The notes beneath the pieces are model-generated. The model worked only from the letters and a program-made list of their open reading frames with translations. It did not search any database and had not been told where the DNA came from. A stretch of DNA of 64,000 bases from Paecilomyces variotii (lineage: Eukaryota): NCBI GenBank assembly GCA_004022145.1, contig RCNU01000002.1; one strand, written 5' to 3'. Of this stretch, positions 16,390 to 29,000 are shown one piece after another. How positions within the stretch are numbered: position 1 is the first letter of the stretch; the number at the start of each line of letters is the position of its first letter. The position numbers were made by a program, and so were the translations under genes.

Positions 16390-16986
16390 TACAGTGATAC
16401 CACATAACGACCTCGTTGATTCTTTTCTCTCTGTTTGCATTTAGTTTTTTGATATCATATCCAGCTTCTCGCCCAGAGAAGTTATCCCACTGGCGGAGTA
16501 CCCCAAAGCAGGCTTCAAGGAACCCCGCCCTTTTGATGAGAGTTTCTACGGAGTGGAAAGGATTGAGCACAGCAGTGGAGTCAAATGAGACAAAAAGAAA
16601 CGACCTTTTCCCGCTTGATTCCATGCATGTTATTCTGGAGAGTGCATAAATGATGTAAAGCGATTATAGGCTGGCATAATGGAGCGTTCTGGGTTCTTGT
16701 GTTTCCCTGGGGAAAACGAAGCCGGGTCGCCTGGAACCTCTTTCCGTTGAGAGTATGTCGGTTAGGGAATAAAATGCTGTTCCGATATCCAAAGAGAGAC
16801 TTCGTGACATGGACTAATGCCTATAGACATGAAAATAAATTGTATACACCCCAAAAGTCATAATCATCAAAGCCAGGCCGATGAAGTCATACCCAGAAAG
16901 CAGTCGCTCATCCGTACCCGAAATCTTCATAGTAATAATACATCCTTCTCTTTAAATCAACAGTACAAAATCCGAATCTCGTAGAG

Positions 16987-19932
16987 TTACCCATGACGGG
17001 AAACCGGCCTATTCATATACCGGTAAGGATTTTGATTGGCAACAGGCACCGTTGGCATGGAAAGTCCAGGGTTATTTGCCATCTGCTGAGGCGCATTCGA
17101 GATGTTCTCCTGCCTGGCTGTCTGCGCGGGGCCTGTTGTATTCGGATTATAGCCCATGCTGAACGCCGTTGCCTGATCAGCGGTCTCCCATCCTTCTCCC
17201 CAGTTTTCCAACCCCAGTGCCAGCGCACTCTGATCTCGGAGCCACCAGTCTTGGCTCTCTTCCACTAGGCTATCGACCCCGTTGAAGATGGGCATTGGAG
17301 GTGTATTCACGATAGGAGCTGGGCTGTTGCTACTGTTGGACACATTGCAGACATCCTGAGTAGCATTCCACATGTCCTGCGGAGACTGAGAGGCGGTCTG
17401 GGCGGGGTAAGCACTCTGGGACGTCGGTCCTAGATAAGTGGGCTCAGGCGCGATGGATTGAGGCTGCTGTATCCGGCCACTGAAGGAATCATGATTCTGG
17501 CGAGCAGTGCAAAGCCGGGCCGTATTGGAGAAGAAATTAGGCTGGGACTGAGGTACACTAAAGTTGGCGGAGGCAGTCGGTTGTGTTTGCAATTCATGGC
17601 GGACAGGCTGAGGTAGTCTCCCGGGCGTTGAAACACTGCTCGGCATAGTCGACGAAAGGCTAGAAGTATTTATCGCTGGAGACTCCCCTGAAGAAGCGGG
17701 AGAAGAGCCATGATCCCATGATCCCCATGACCTCCATTTACTACGTGTTCGTTCGAATACTGTGACGGCTTCAGGAGGCAAATCGATGCGCCACTTGGTA
17801 GCAGATATGTCGAGAATCCGTAGTGTACGTCGAGCGCAGAGCCAGCTCTCTGCAATTTCCTCCAAGTTCCGGAGACCGTGAATGATATCTCTCCTGGCGT
17901 TCTTCTCTGGTAGATTCAAAAGGTGTATGGTACAAGCAGAGTGAGCAATATAGACCGCGATATTACAGATCTGACGAAATCCGTAGCTGCGTTTATATAC
18001 GCGAAGTAGCTTGGAAATGGTGGCCGCCGCCTGAGTGCATAGTTTCCGCGGAGAGACGTGTTGGGGAAGAGGCGAGGTTGATTTGGTATATTTCAGGAAA
18101 GGGCGGTATAGGTGAATGAAAAGGAGTTGGTAGAACATGCTGCAAGACGAGATGTCAGTAAACATTCCGTTAGAAACATGAAGTACACCTACTGCATAAG
18201 CAGCACCTGCGGAAGTTGCCCCTCTTTAGGGTCCATTTCCTTTGGGACATTCTTTCTCCACGCCTCGAGGCGTGTGTGCACTTCACTGAGTTTCTTCAAC
18301 TCCGCTTGTTTGGAGGGTGGTCTCTCCAAGGGTTGAGGATGATAAAAGAACGTTAGGAGATCGCTGCTGATTTCACAGAGTTTAGAAATCTGCAAGGCTA
18401 CAGCTCGTGTCCTTGCAGCTTGTGTATGGTCTTGGATGGGACCATCATCAGTATACGGCGACCAAGTTTCCGCATCCTCTGACGGGAAGACATCGAATTT
18501 TTGGACAGTGATATTCGATGGAGATAGCTGCGGTTGTCGACCAAGGTAATTGGACCAGCACCTAGTTTCAAGTTAGTTTTCAAGTTGAATAGGTATTTGG
18601 GAACACTGACTTATCAAATAAGAAACACCCCCAGAAGGTTATTCGTCGTGCATCTATCTCCTCTTCACTCAGAGTGTTGGCACCTAGACTGGTAGGATCC
18701 ACGTTCAGACCGAGATCATAAGCCATGCGAAAGCTCATCCCACTGTAGACCCATCCTTTGCCTTCTCGACCACAGCCTGCCTCTCTAACGGACATTAACG
18801 CGAGAGCCTGTACTGTGCATAACTTGGCTTTCTCGTGCTCATCATGTTCCAAGATTAGTCTCTTAGCCTCCTTAAAGAAATGGTCACCCGCTGTCGCCGA
18901 ATCTTTCGGATCTTCACGTGCTCCCTCCCAAGAACTAAAATGGCAACCGAGAGCCAATATGGCATTAACGAGTAGAGATGAGCAATATTGACTTGGCCTG
19001 CCTCGAACATAATCTCGATAGAAGAGCTCCTTCGACAGCGTGGTAAAGTAAGCGTAGTGCCATGTGAAGTACATCGTCATGAGATGGCCAATCAATTGTT
19101 CGTCATTGGTGACTCTCGTCCATTGAGTAACAGAGAAATCACTCTGGAGGCCAGTGCCAATCAAGGCAGAGTCGAATTCCTCCTCTGGCTCAGATCCCGG
19201 AGGGAGAAATATGAGATTCGAAGTTCCTCCGATAAACTTCACCGAGCCGTCGAGCATGAGCTCGCTCATTTTGCCTGCTAGTTCAGCTTCGAATTGATCT
19301 GTCTGTATCTCATCCTCCTCTACAGCAGAATCCGCATCATCATTCCCTAGCGGAAGGCCCTGCTCCCGCGCAACTATTGACTCTGCCACATCTTCCAGGT
19401 TGTCGCATGACCGTATCTGCCGAACGAGATCGAACGCCTCCTCCTCGTCGTAGTTGAGTATGGCCTGAACGAGTGTCTGCAATGTTGTGTTTCGAGTCCT
19501 CAGATTATCGATGTCTTTTTTGTAGACGCCTTTGCGGCGATGATCGGAATTGGGGTCGTAAATGCCTGCGACAAGTTAGCTCCACCGATCTGATTAGCTA
19601 GACATACGCAACAACAGATACATACATGGAGTATGGTAGACTGAAGAACAAGCCGCGCAGCTAGGCAGATTTCCGTCGCACTGGTACTGTCAGTATAATG
19701 AAAGAGCTCCATAAACCGGACAGATCGGAAAGCGCGGACTGACTTTGGATTTTCTCCTGCGGCATGCAATGCATGCGGTGCTCACGCAGCGTCTCTTGGC
19801 GACTGAGCTTGCTCCAGAGCCTTTCCCCTTGCTCTTCCCTTGTGTATTTTCACCTCGAGATCCCGCGCGAGTTCTGGACGTCGGTGCTGAACTCTCATCG
19901 CCGCTGCCCGCACGAGCTCCGTCCCCCGGCAT
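16987..19932 (-). CDS. nirA: Nitrate-assimilation Zn(II)2Cys6 transcription factor; 4 introns
   Basis: KRRCVSTACIACRRRKSKCDGNLPSCAACSSVYHTPCIYDPNSDHRRKGVYKKD...LLNY/ILNY..AFDLVRQIRSCDNLEDVA closely matches NirA/NIT4, followed by a fungal TF middle-homology region. Confidence 0.92.
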
Positions 19933-21089
19933 TCTCAAAGGCACAGTATAGCAACCTCAGAAGACAAAGACGTTGACAGCTGACTATCGACGATATGTGG
20001 CATTCTCAATCGGCTTCTCCATCAACAACCATAAATATTCTGGAGCTACACGATCGCGGACGTCCGACTGGAATAATAAGCGCAAAAAAGTTCGGCGATA
20101 ACGAGCTGCGGCGCAAAGTGATAAGAATCGAGCGTCTGTGCGGAAGGAAGTAGACTTCCGGGGTCTCTCCTGTCAAGATAGAAATAGAATCGTCTGGACC
20201 GTGCGACTTTTGAGGCTTTGATAGATATCAAAATCAGTGCATGCAACAACCCCGCGGTACGGGAGACCGATGGCGGAGGTGGAGCCTGAAGGGAGCGATA
20301 TTAGATGTGCCGCTAAGTATCTACCCCGGGAACGGACGATTTCCCAGTAGACAGAAAGGATGAGGGATCAATAATTGGCTGACAGTGATGCTGAGGCACC
20401 CACGACGGCCAATTTTGATATCTCTCGCTGAGCCATCGTCGAGTGCCCGCGATGGTTAGTTAATGAGTCTTGCTGTAGTTATGTGCTGACTAAGGTCATT
20501 GCCGCGATCTCGGACTGGCTCTTCATCTTGCGAACTTTTTTAAGGTTCACGCCGATGGCGATTTGAGAGCTGGTGGATGTTTCTAGTGGTTATTTGATAT
20601 TTTTATATAGCTAACATTTGACATCGATTCTCCGTTGTCGTAGTATTTCCCAGTCACCCATTTCTCAATAATCACACGAAGTATAGTTACTAGTTTGTAA
20701 TATTCTCTTATCAGGCCGGTGTTGAAGTTGGACGAGAGACTAACTATATCCTTGCTTTTACAGAAGACGCACTGACGAACGAGTATGCAGGAATTCTCTT
20801 ATCTATCGCCATACCCCTGCAGCTTCTGCAGAGACTCATTGGACATGCCAAGAAATGCGATATCAACGTCAATTTGATAATTCCATGGCAAAGTCTGGGC
20901 AGCGATATAACAAGACCTCTGATAATTTGAAAACTCTCAAGTTGAATCATGTTTGGGTTTTACTATGGCACAGAGAAGTCATTTCATTCTTGCCAGAGTG
21001 GGTTGCAAGAAGGTGTATCAACCAAGTCCATGCAACCGTAACAACCTTCCCGAGAACGGGTCTGTCCATCTACTAATGACTGCGCTGCG

Positions 21090-21533
21090 ATGCCCATATT
21101 TCTACACTTTGGTCTCGATACATCTAAGGCAGAGTCTCCATTCTCGACATATGACGCGTTTATCCCGCTTTTGTAGCGTCTCCTGAGCAAACACTGAATG
21201 CAAGTTGATGTACAGAGCCCTGATGTGTTCTTTGAGGCCATCAACATACGGAATCGAGGAATCTCACAGCTTCCCGAGCGCTACATAGGCAAAAGCCGTA
21301 ACTATTGCTTGCCGGCTCCCGAATCCCGAGCTGAGAGACTGACCGTGAAGGAAGTTGTTGAAGACGCACTGCTGTCTAAGCTCGCAGCGTACATCCGTAA
21401 CATCACCGATGGCGTCGACTCCGCGTTTGTTTACCAGGCACTAGACACGAGCGCCGGAAGGATCGTGTGTTTTACCAGTGAGATTTCACAGCATAAAAAA
21501 CCGGCACAGATCCTCAACGGTTTTATTCAATAA
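21090..21533 (+). pseudogene. Possible decayed gene fragment
   Basis: One frame reads MPIFLHFGLDTSKAESPFSTYDAFIPLL*RLLSKH*MQVDVQSPDVFFEAINIRNRG... for about 147 codons with two stops, each one C-to-T change from a sense codon. No family recognised. Confidence 0.25.
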
Positions 21534-21912
21534 TACTGGATTCGATTCTGCAACCAATCGCTTCCGCGTCGAGTGGTAAGCTACTCTTCTAGCACGGAGG
21601 GCGCACAGTGCAGAAAGTGGCCCTGGTAAATCATAATTGTAAAATATTTGCTCTTTCAACTTCTTTGAGTCTTTCTCCTAAGCGCGGAACGTCGGTTACA
21701 CCCGGAGGGGCATGGCGGGCGATCTCCGTCTAGATCAACGCGCTAGAAAAGTTCCACGTGATTCTTTTTGTGTATGTATTTTATTATGGCTGATTTCTCA
21801 ATTCCGAATTAAGCGCGGCTCATTGGGTCCATAATTGTGGAATAGACACGTGTGTTGTCTTATCGTAAGAATCAGATAATGTAGACCGCTTTTAATCACC
21901 TCCCCCTCTCCA

Positions 21913-21952
21913 AAAAAAAAGAAAGAAAGAAAGAAGAAGAAGAAGAAGAGAA
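21913..21952 (+). repeat. Purine-rich simple repeat, A-run/(GAAA)n/(GAA)n
   Basis: aaaaaaaagaaagaaagaaagaagaagaagaagaagagaaa seen directly. Confidence 0.85.
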
Positions 21953-23552
21953 AATTGGCCCTGTAAAGTAGTAGATCATATCAAAATTCGAGACCTGTGA
22001 ATAATACCCCAACTATCTTCAGTGTTGGGCGGGTTCCCGTTTCAGATGGATTGGTCAAAAAATCTTCTCTTCTTCTACGGTGAGACAAAGTGCAATAATC
22101 GAGGCTGGGTCTACTACTCCGTTATAATTAACCGAGTTCCCTTTTTTTTTTCGGGCATCGAAATCGGCCAGTCTTGGATGATCAAATCATCAAACTGACC
22201 GCTCACGGCACCTGCAATGCGGGTTGGTACCTGCAGGGCCCTCATTGTTGTCGGCCTTTCAGTCGCCCGTTCAGGCACCAGACTCAGGCTATCTTACGTA
22301 GCATTGGATCGACGTGTTTTAGTATGGATTACTATGAGTATCGACTGTCTGAAAGATAAACCCTGCGTTGTAAGGTGTATTACGTTACTCTACTCTATTG
22401 ATTGCACCCATGATCTTCCAGAATACATAGTTGACTATGCAGGGCAAGGGTCGTGTGCCCGCACAAAGAAAATTGAACGTCAATACAGTAATAAAATAAT
22501 TTTAGCACAGCTATGAAAAGAAACGAAACAGGGGTCCATCAACGGCCCAGATCTCGGGGACTAAACGGTGAGATCGTGAAAATCTTTGTCCCGTGCTCCG
22601 GCGTTGAAGGAACCGAGATGGAGACGGATTGGTAAGAGAAATCGCCAGGTTGGGTATGTCCGGGCGAAGTAGTCCTAAGTGATTTGATGCTCCACCGATA
22701 GAAGAAGGCGTGGGAGAGAAGATAACTACGCCGTAGTTAGTTTAGTTTAGCTCTGCTGTATCTACCAGTACTATTGGTTTCCCCAAGATAGAGAAAAATC
22801 CCCATGATTGACCATCTCCCGACGCCACGGGAAACTCTGCCCGGACGCCTCCGACAGGCCACCCGCGTCATGACCCGGAAATCGGTATCGCCGCTGTTTT
22901 GATACCGCGCCGGTTTTGCCGTACCATCCCAGTACAGTACTCTACTCATCATGTAAGCAAAGATAGGCCAATAGCCGGCCCGCTATTGCCCGTGACCCCC
23001 ATCCCTAGCCATGGGTGGGAAGCGTGGAATACGTTTCCTACAGAGTCGGTACAAATAACAGTGCAGTCTCGTACTCGTAAGGTACAGTACATGCGTGACA
23101 CACTGCCCAAGGCAGAGATCATACTGTACATCCCCCGTTGTCACTGATGCAGCCAGCCTTATCTCGGCCTTCAAATCGGTCTCCATTCCCTCCCTCCCCC
23201 ATCCCATGACACGCTGTCCCCCTCTTAGTTACGCTGTCTGCTTCCACTTATTGCTAAGCATCATCTGCTGTTCCCTCGTCACTGGCGAATCCCCCAACCA
23301 CTCGCATAATCGAACAACGGACATCCGGAGTGCCTTACTCAGGTCGTGTGCCCTACGTGATACGTCCGCTCTGAGAGACGACACCGACCGCCTGCCAACG
23401 CAGCAGCGGTGACACATACCTCTTCATCTGGCTCTCACCTCGGGCCCCTTCACCTTCATAGCAGTCCATTCCTCCATGCTTTTAACTCAGACTGTCAATC
23501 GGGGTGCCTTGCCAGGCGAGAAACGCCGCTTTCTATATTCCATCTCGAAACC

Positions 23553-25043
23553 ATGATGGTCCCACGGTCTTTCCTCTTCAGCTCTGCCTCGTCCCAGAAG
23601 AGCGCGAAACAAGATGCAAAGGAGTACAGTCCCGCTCCCTCAACACCTCGAAGGAGCAGCTCCCAGTTGCGTGAAAATGACCCTCGTCTCCAATTTCCTA
23701 CTGCGATCAGTCCCGATCTCCCGTCCGTCACACATACGAGCCCGGTGGTGATCCCACCAAAGCGAGCTCCGAGGAGAACGCCAGTTACGCCCAACAATAG
23801 ATCTCGAAACACCCGGAATGGCTACGGTACTCGTGTTCGGTCACCGTCTACGAACAGTGACGCGAAGGTTCCGGCATCGGTTGCCACGCTCTTAGAAGTC
23901 ACTGCGATTCCTCTCCCGCGGAGGAGCTGGTCCCTCCGCAGTTCTCGGAAGCTACCGCCAGGAAACCATGTGGAGGACTTTAGCAGACTGCTAATGGAAG
24001 GTCTTGAGCCTCGAGATGAGGGCAAGACTATCATTGATGGTTCTGCGTCCACTACGTTGGATGTCTTGCTCAGTCCTCCAGATTCGGATAACGAGAAGTT
24101 TATGTTTGGCAATGACTATGAGCCTGGGACGCCATTATCGGCCCGCTCGTTGTCTTCTGACTCGACGCCTTCACTAGACCATGATCTCGATTCCTACAGT
24201 CCCTCAGTGCTTCCCGTGACGCCACCTGCGATCAGCCAGAAGAATCCGCTGGAAAAGCGACTCAAGCAGCTTTCTCCCGTGGAGGAATGTGCGTCCGATC
24301 ATCCTCTTCTGGACGTTGAAACCATCGATCCTCTGGATCAGGTGCTGGTGGAGGCTGACGTGCTTACTCCTACATCTCCCAGTCCTGCCGTGCCTAAACG
24401 GACGTTCCCACGACTGAGCTCGACCTTCAAGTCCAATCTGACCGCATCACTTCGGGCCATCAAGTCTGCAGCTCAGACGGTGTCCAACTTTGCTACTCCG
24501 TCAGTTCAATCAGAGGACTTCCTCACGCGGTCATTATTCACGATCGCTCCAGAGCTAACGGACGATCGGCGTCCACGTCTCATGGATGAGCCACCTTCTG
24601 CAGAATTGAGGCGCTATCTGAATCCTATCAATGGTTCTCCGGCGGAAATGCATGTATATCATGAACCCCACGACCTCCCCGGCGCGTCCCACAAGTGTCC
24701 TGTTTCGATCCAGATGCAGACTTACCAGCGTTCTGGTGGTAAAGGGGAAGGTGGATTTAGCGTGGTTACTGCTGATGATGGCGATGCACCTTTCGACCCG
24801 GAGATCCCTCCAATGGCGCGGCAGCGCGAGCCTCGCGAAAACAGCGACTTCCTGCGCATCGTCGTGCTGGAGATGAACATGCGACGCAGCGGCAAGCTCC
24901 GTGACGACATTCCAACCAGAGCGCGTATTTGGCTTCCTCCGCGGAAAGTGAGTACGAGCCAGCTCTCGCCTAATCTCTACGGAACGGGTGAGAATGTCGT
25001 CCCGCAACGATGGATCGGCGTCTCCGTGGGTGTCTATGAATGA
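23553..25043 (+). CDS. Conserved fungal hypothetical protein, Ser/Pro-rich, intronless
   Basis: Long ORF, likely start MMVPRSFLFSS at 23553. C-terminal RQREPRENSDFLRIVVLEMNMRRSGKL...ARIWLPPRK looks like a conserved block. Confidence 0.8.
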   Translation: MMVPRSFLFSSASSQKSAKQDAKEYSPAPSTPRRSSSQLRENDPRLQFPTAISPDLPSVTHTSPVVIPPKRAPRRTPVTPNNRSRNTRNGYGTRVRSPSTNSDAKVPASVATLLEVTAIPLPRRSWSLRSSRKLPPGNHVEDFSRLLMEGLEPRDEGKTIIDGSASTTLDVLLSPPDSDNEKFMFGNDYEPGTPLSARSLSSDSTPSLDHDLDSYSPSVLPVTPPAISQKNPLEKRLKQLSPVEECASDHPLLDVETIDPLDQVLVEADVLTPTSPSPAVPKRTFPRLSSTFKSNLTASLRAIKSAAQTVSNFATPSVQSEDFLTRSLFTIAPELTDDRRPRLMDEPPSAELRRYLNPINGSPAEMHVYHEPHDLPGASHKCPVSIQMQTYQRSGGKGEGGFSVVTADDGDAPFDPEIPPMARQREPRENSDFLRIVVLEMNMRRSGKLRDDIPTRARIWLPPRKVSTSQLSPNLYGTGENVVPQRWIGVSVGVYE

Positions 25044-26053
25044 GATGATTTTGGTCGAACAGGGGGTCATGATATCCTACATAATGTCTGGTGACTTTCT
25101 AATTTTTTTCTCCTTATTTTGAAGCTTCTACAGCAGGGCGTTGGGATGGGTACATAGCATCGTGGACTGGGATCTTCATGAGAAGCATCGGTTAAGGCGC
25201 GATCGTTTGAGCATTTCTTAGCATACAGTTTCTCTTTCGGCGCATGCTGCTCTCTGGAAGAGCTCAAATGGCAAGGCTTTCACTAGCTATCAGATGTACA
25301 GTAGTAATATAATCTACAACAAAAGAGCGCTTGTTCCGTAATAAATCCAGATAACTGACTACATAGTTAGTTATCGGTGACTGGCTAATAACACTGAACT
25401 TAGGTGACTCCCCACTTTTGAGCGGACAAAAGTGTATCTTCCAGCTGCTCCATCGCCTCCCGCCGGCTTCGTTCCTGCCTTAGCATCGGCTCCCCTCATT
25501 CTGGCCCCCAAACTTTCGTTCAGTCATCAAGAAAGACGCTGCCTACGACCCGTCAGGTGCTCAGATGATAAATCAGTTATTGAACGCTGGGGACAGAGTC
25601 GTGGATGATTTAACAGGGGAGTTTGTTAACCCCTGCGACTCAGTAAGATAACCAATGTACTCCAGAGGTATCACACTGAATATCGCATTAACCAGCTCAG
25701 AGATAGGCCATTATCTCATGCTTGACATGAACGCTCGGTCTTCGTACAGTCCTGGGTTTATAAATAAACAAAGAGCCATCCAATGACGCTTCGATAACTA
25801 TCATACCCCGGTTCTAATATCTGACCCGCACGATCGAGAGATCTTAACTATACACGGTTACGCTGTATACATTGGAACCCCGCCTGTTCGCAGATTCAGC
25901 CACCATGAAATGCTCTCAGCTATTACTAGTTGGCTGCGTGCCTACGAGGCTGAGAGAGGCTCTGCAATGCACAGCCCTGTTGATGGAGTTTTTAACCATG
26001 CTCACTCCCACTACGTGCAGAACTTTGTTGACATTGTCAACTTCTAAATCACG

Positions 26054-29000
26054 ATGCATAGTCATGACCAGGATACGAGCCTCTCCGCGGCGCGGTATAC
26101 AGTTGGGTGGATATGTGCCCTGCAAGCAGGTTATGAATGTGCCTGTCGGATGTTAGACGAGAAACTTGATGGCCCCAGCATCAACGAGGCCAACGACAAC
26201 AACACGTATGTATTCGGTCGCATCGCTGGCCATTATGTGACCATAGCTTGTTTGCCAGCTGGTATATACGGTACCAGTTCGGCAGCCGCTGTCGCGAAAG
26301 ACATGGCTCGCTCATTCCCCAATCTGCAGTTTGTCTTGATGGTTGGAGTCGGCGGTGGTGCACCCACGCCTGAAAGAGACATCCGCCTGGGCGATGTAGT
26401 GGTGAGCCAACCGCAAGGAACGCTGAATGGAGTTGTACAGTATGATCTGGGAAAACAGTTACCAAACAACTTATTCCAGAGGACTGGAGTTCTTAATTCC
26501 CCTCCAGCTGTGCTCCTGGGCGCAATACCTGAGATTCGCAGACGCCACAATGATCCTCGCAGAACGGATCAAATCGCCCAACATATCAGACGCATGGATG
26601 ATATGCCAAAATATCGACGACCGCAACATGACATGCTCTATAATTCTGATTACCTGCACCAAGGTGGAAAGACGTGCGAGTGCTGTGCAGACGATCAACT
26701 CGTACAGCGCGTTGACCGTTCATCAAATAGCCGAGAAGTGTCCATCCACTATGGGATCATTGCTTCCGGAAACTCAGTAGTAAAGGATCCCAGGATAAGG
26801 GATAAATATGCAAAAGATCCCGATCTAAACATACTCTGTTTTGAGATGGAAGCAGCCGGGGTGATGAATAACTTCCCGTGCCTTGTGATCCGTGGTATCA
26901 GCAACTATTGCGACTCGCATAAAAACGACGAGTGGCACAATTATGCTGCTTTAGCGGCGTCGGCTTATGCGAGGGAGCTGCTCTTGGTTTTAAAACCAAG
27001 GAAAATTCATGTTTTGCCTTCATGGACTGAGGCTCCGGAACAAGGTACGTCGTTCCTTCTTTCCTCGAGGAAATGCTATGCACCGCGTCTATTCCTTCCA
27101 CATCACAAAGTTCATTCATGAATCACGCTAACCCAGCTTCATAGTAAACGATAGCATATCCAAAGTGAATACATCCGTTGAACGTTTAGAAGAAGGACGT
27201 TTATGGGAGGATATCAACAGATGGATGTCAGCTCCAGATGTCTCGACCAACCTGAACAATGCCATCAGTAAGCGATTCCAAGGAACTGGATCGTGGCTTC
27301 TCAACTGCAAATCTTTCCAGGAGTGGAAATTTGGCAGTAAGAGGGCCCTTTGTATCTTTGGAAAACCAGGTTGTGGCAAAACCATCCTCAGTTCAACAGT
27401 TATCGAACACCTCCACGCGGAGGCAGATCGATCTTCAGAGGTCGTTCTTGAATTCTTTTTCGACTTCCGAGACATTAACAAGCAGACCGTTGATAAAATG
27501 ACTCGCTCTCTGATCATGCAATTATATACCGCATCTGATACCTCTCGCGCAGAGCTCGAAGGATTGTTTTCCAAGTGCAACGATGGCTACCTCCAGCCCC
27601 CCAAAAAGGCTCTATTCGACACCCTGGTAAACATGCTGAAATGCGGCACCAAAATAAAAGTTGTAATCGATGCTCTGGATGAATGCAATGAAAGAGGCGA
27701 ACTTATTGAGTGGACGCGAAGACTCATTGCTCTTTCAAATACAACAACTAGTTTCATCTTCACCAGCCGCCAGGAAGAAGACATCACGTCAGGTCTCAAG
27801 AGCTGCATCTCAGAGGATGACTGGATATGCATACAGCAGGGCCCGGTCGACGAGGACATCCGCTCCTACACTCGCGGAATCATCTATGGAGATAACGAGT
27901 TCCGCCGGTGGCGATCGAGGCCGTCGATGCTAGAAAGTATTGAAGTCGAGATTATGAAAAAGGCCAATGGAATGTATGGACGGCCTCCAGCATATTATCT
28001 GTGTTCAGATTGTTTCTAATACATCCTTTGCTCCAGGTTTCGATGGGCAGCGTGTCAACTTGACGTTCTGAAAGACTGTATCAGTCCTAGAGATCTGAAG
28101 GACTCTCTCGCATCCATGCCCGAGACACTGGACGAGACATATGCTCGGATTCTCCGAGGAATCAAAAAAATACATCGTGCAGATGCTATACGGATTCTAC
28201 AGTTCCTGGTTTATGCAGACGAGCCCTTGACAGTGGAGCAATTAGTCGACGCCATGGTTGTCGACCTCTCTGGTGATGGCCATTTTGATCCTGACATGCG
28301 GCTACCGGTTCCCGAAGAAATCTTGACAATTTGTTCGAGTCTATTGCAAGTAGTGCCGAAACGTGAGATGAGAATTGTTACGGGCGGCCCCCAAAGGCTC
28401 ACACGAATGGAGGTTCATCTTGCCCATTTCTCAGTCAAAGAGTATCTGTTATCGAATCGTGTCGAGGAGACGTGTCTGCCAGGTCTACGAAGTGTCGAGG
28501 CGAGAATGGCGATCGCGCAGGTTCTATTGACATACACGGTACACATTGGCCGTGATGTCCCGAAGAAGGATATAACATGTTTTACTCGCTCATACTTAGG
28601 CGCCCGGCCACATATACCTGGTCCATTATTTCATGAACTTGACTTCTCATTTCCTCTCGCAACATACGCTGCATCAAATTGGCTGTCTTATGCAAGATCT
28701 GTAGAAGATCTTTTGCTGGACCGGATTTTGCAATTTTTCTGCGAGGATACAGAGGCCTTCAACAAATGGTGCCTTTTCTATATAGAAGATGAGCATATAC
28801 ACTATTTCCACAATCCAGGCCCATTGTACTGTGCGTCGAACGCTGGGCTCATCCGGACTGTACAAGCACTGTTACGAAAAGGAGCTAATGTCGATGGAAA
28901 CAGCACTGAAACAGGATTTTCTACCCCACTCGGTGCTGCTTGTTATCGGGGTTACGAGAGCATTGTGAGAATCCTGCTTAAGCACGGAGCTGACCCTAAT

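Noticed and set aside
16987..19932. Nitrate assimilation cluster around nirA
   Set aside because: No niaD, niiA or crnA in the window. The one CTCCGCGG NirA-type site I noticed (~26083) is inside NLR coding sequence.
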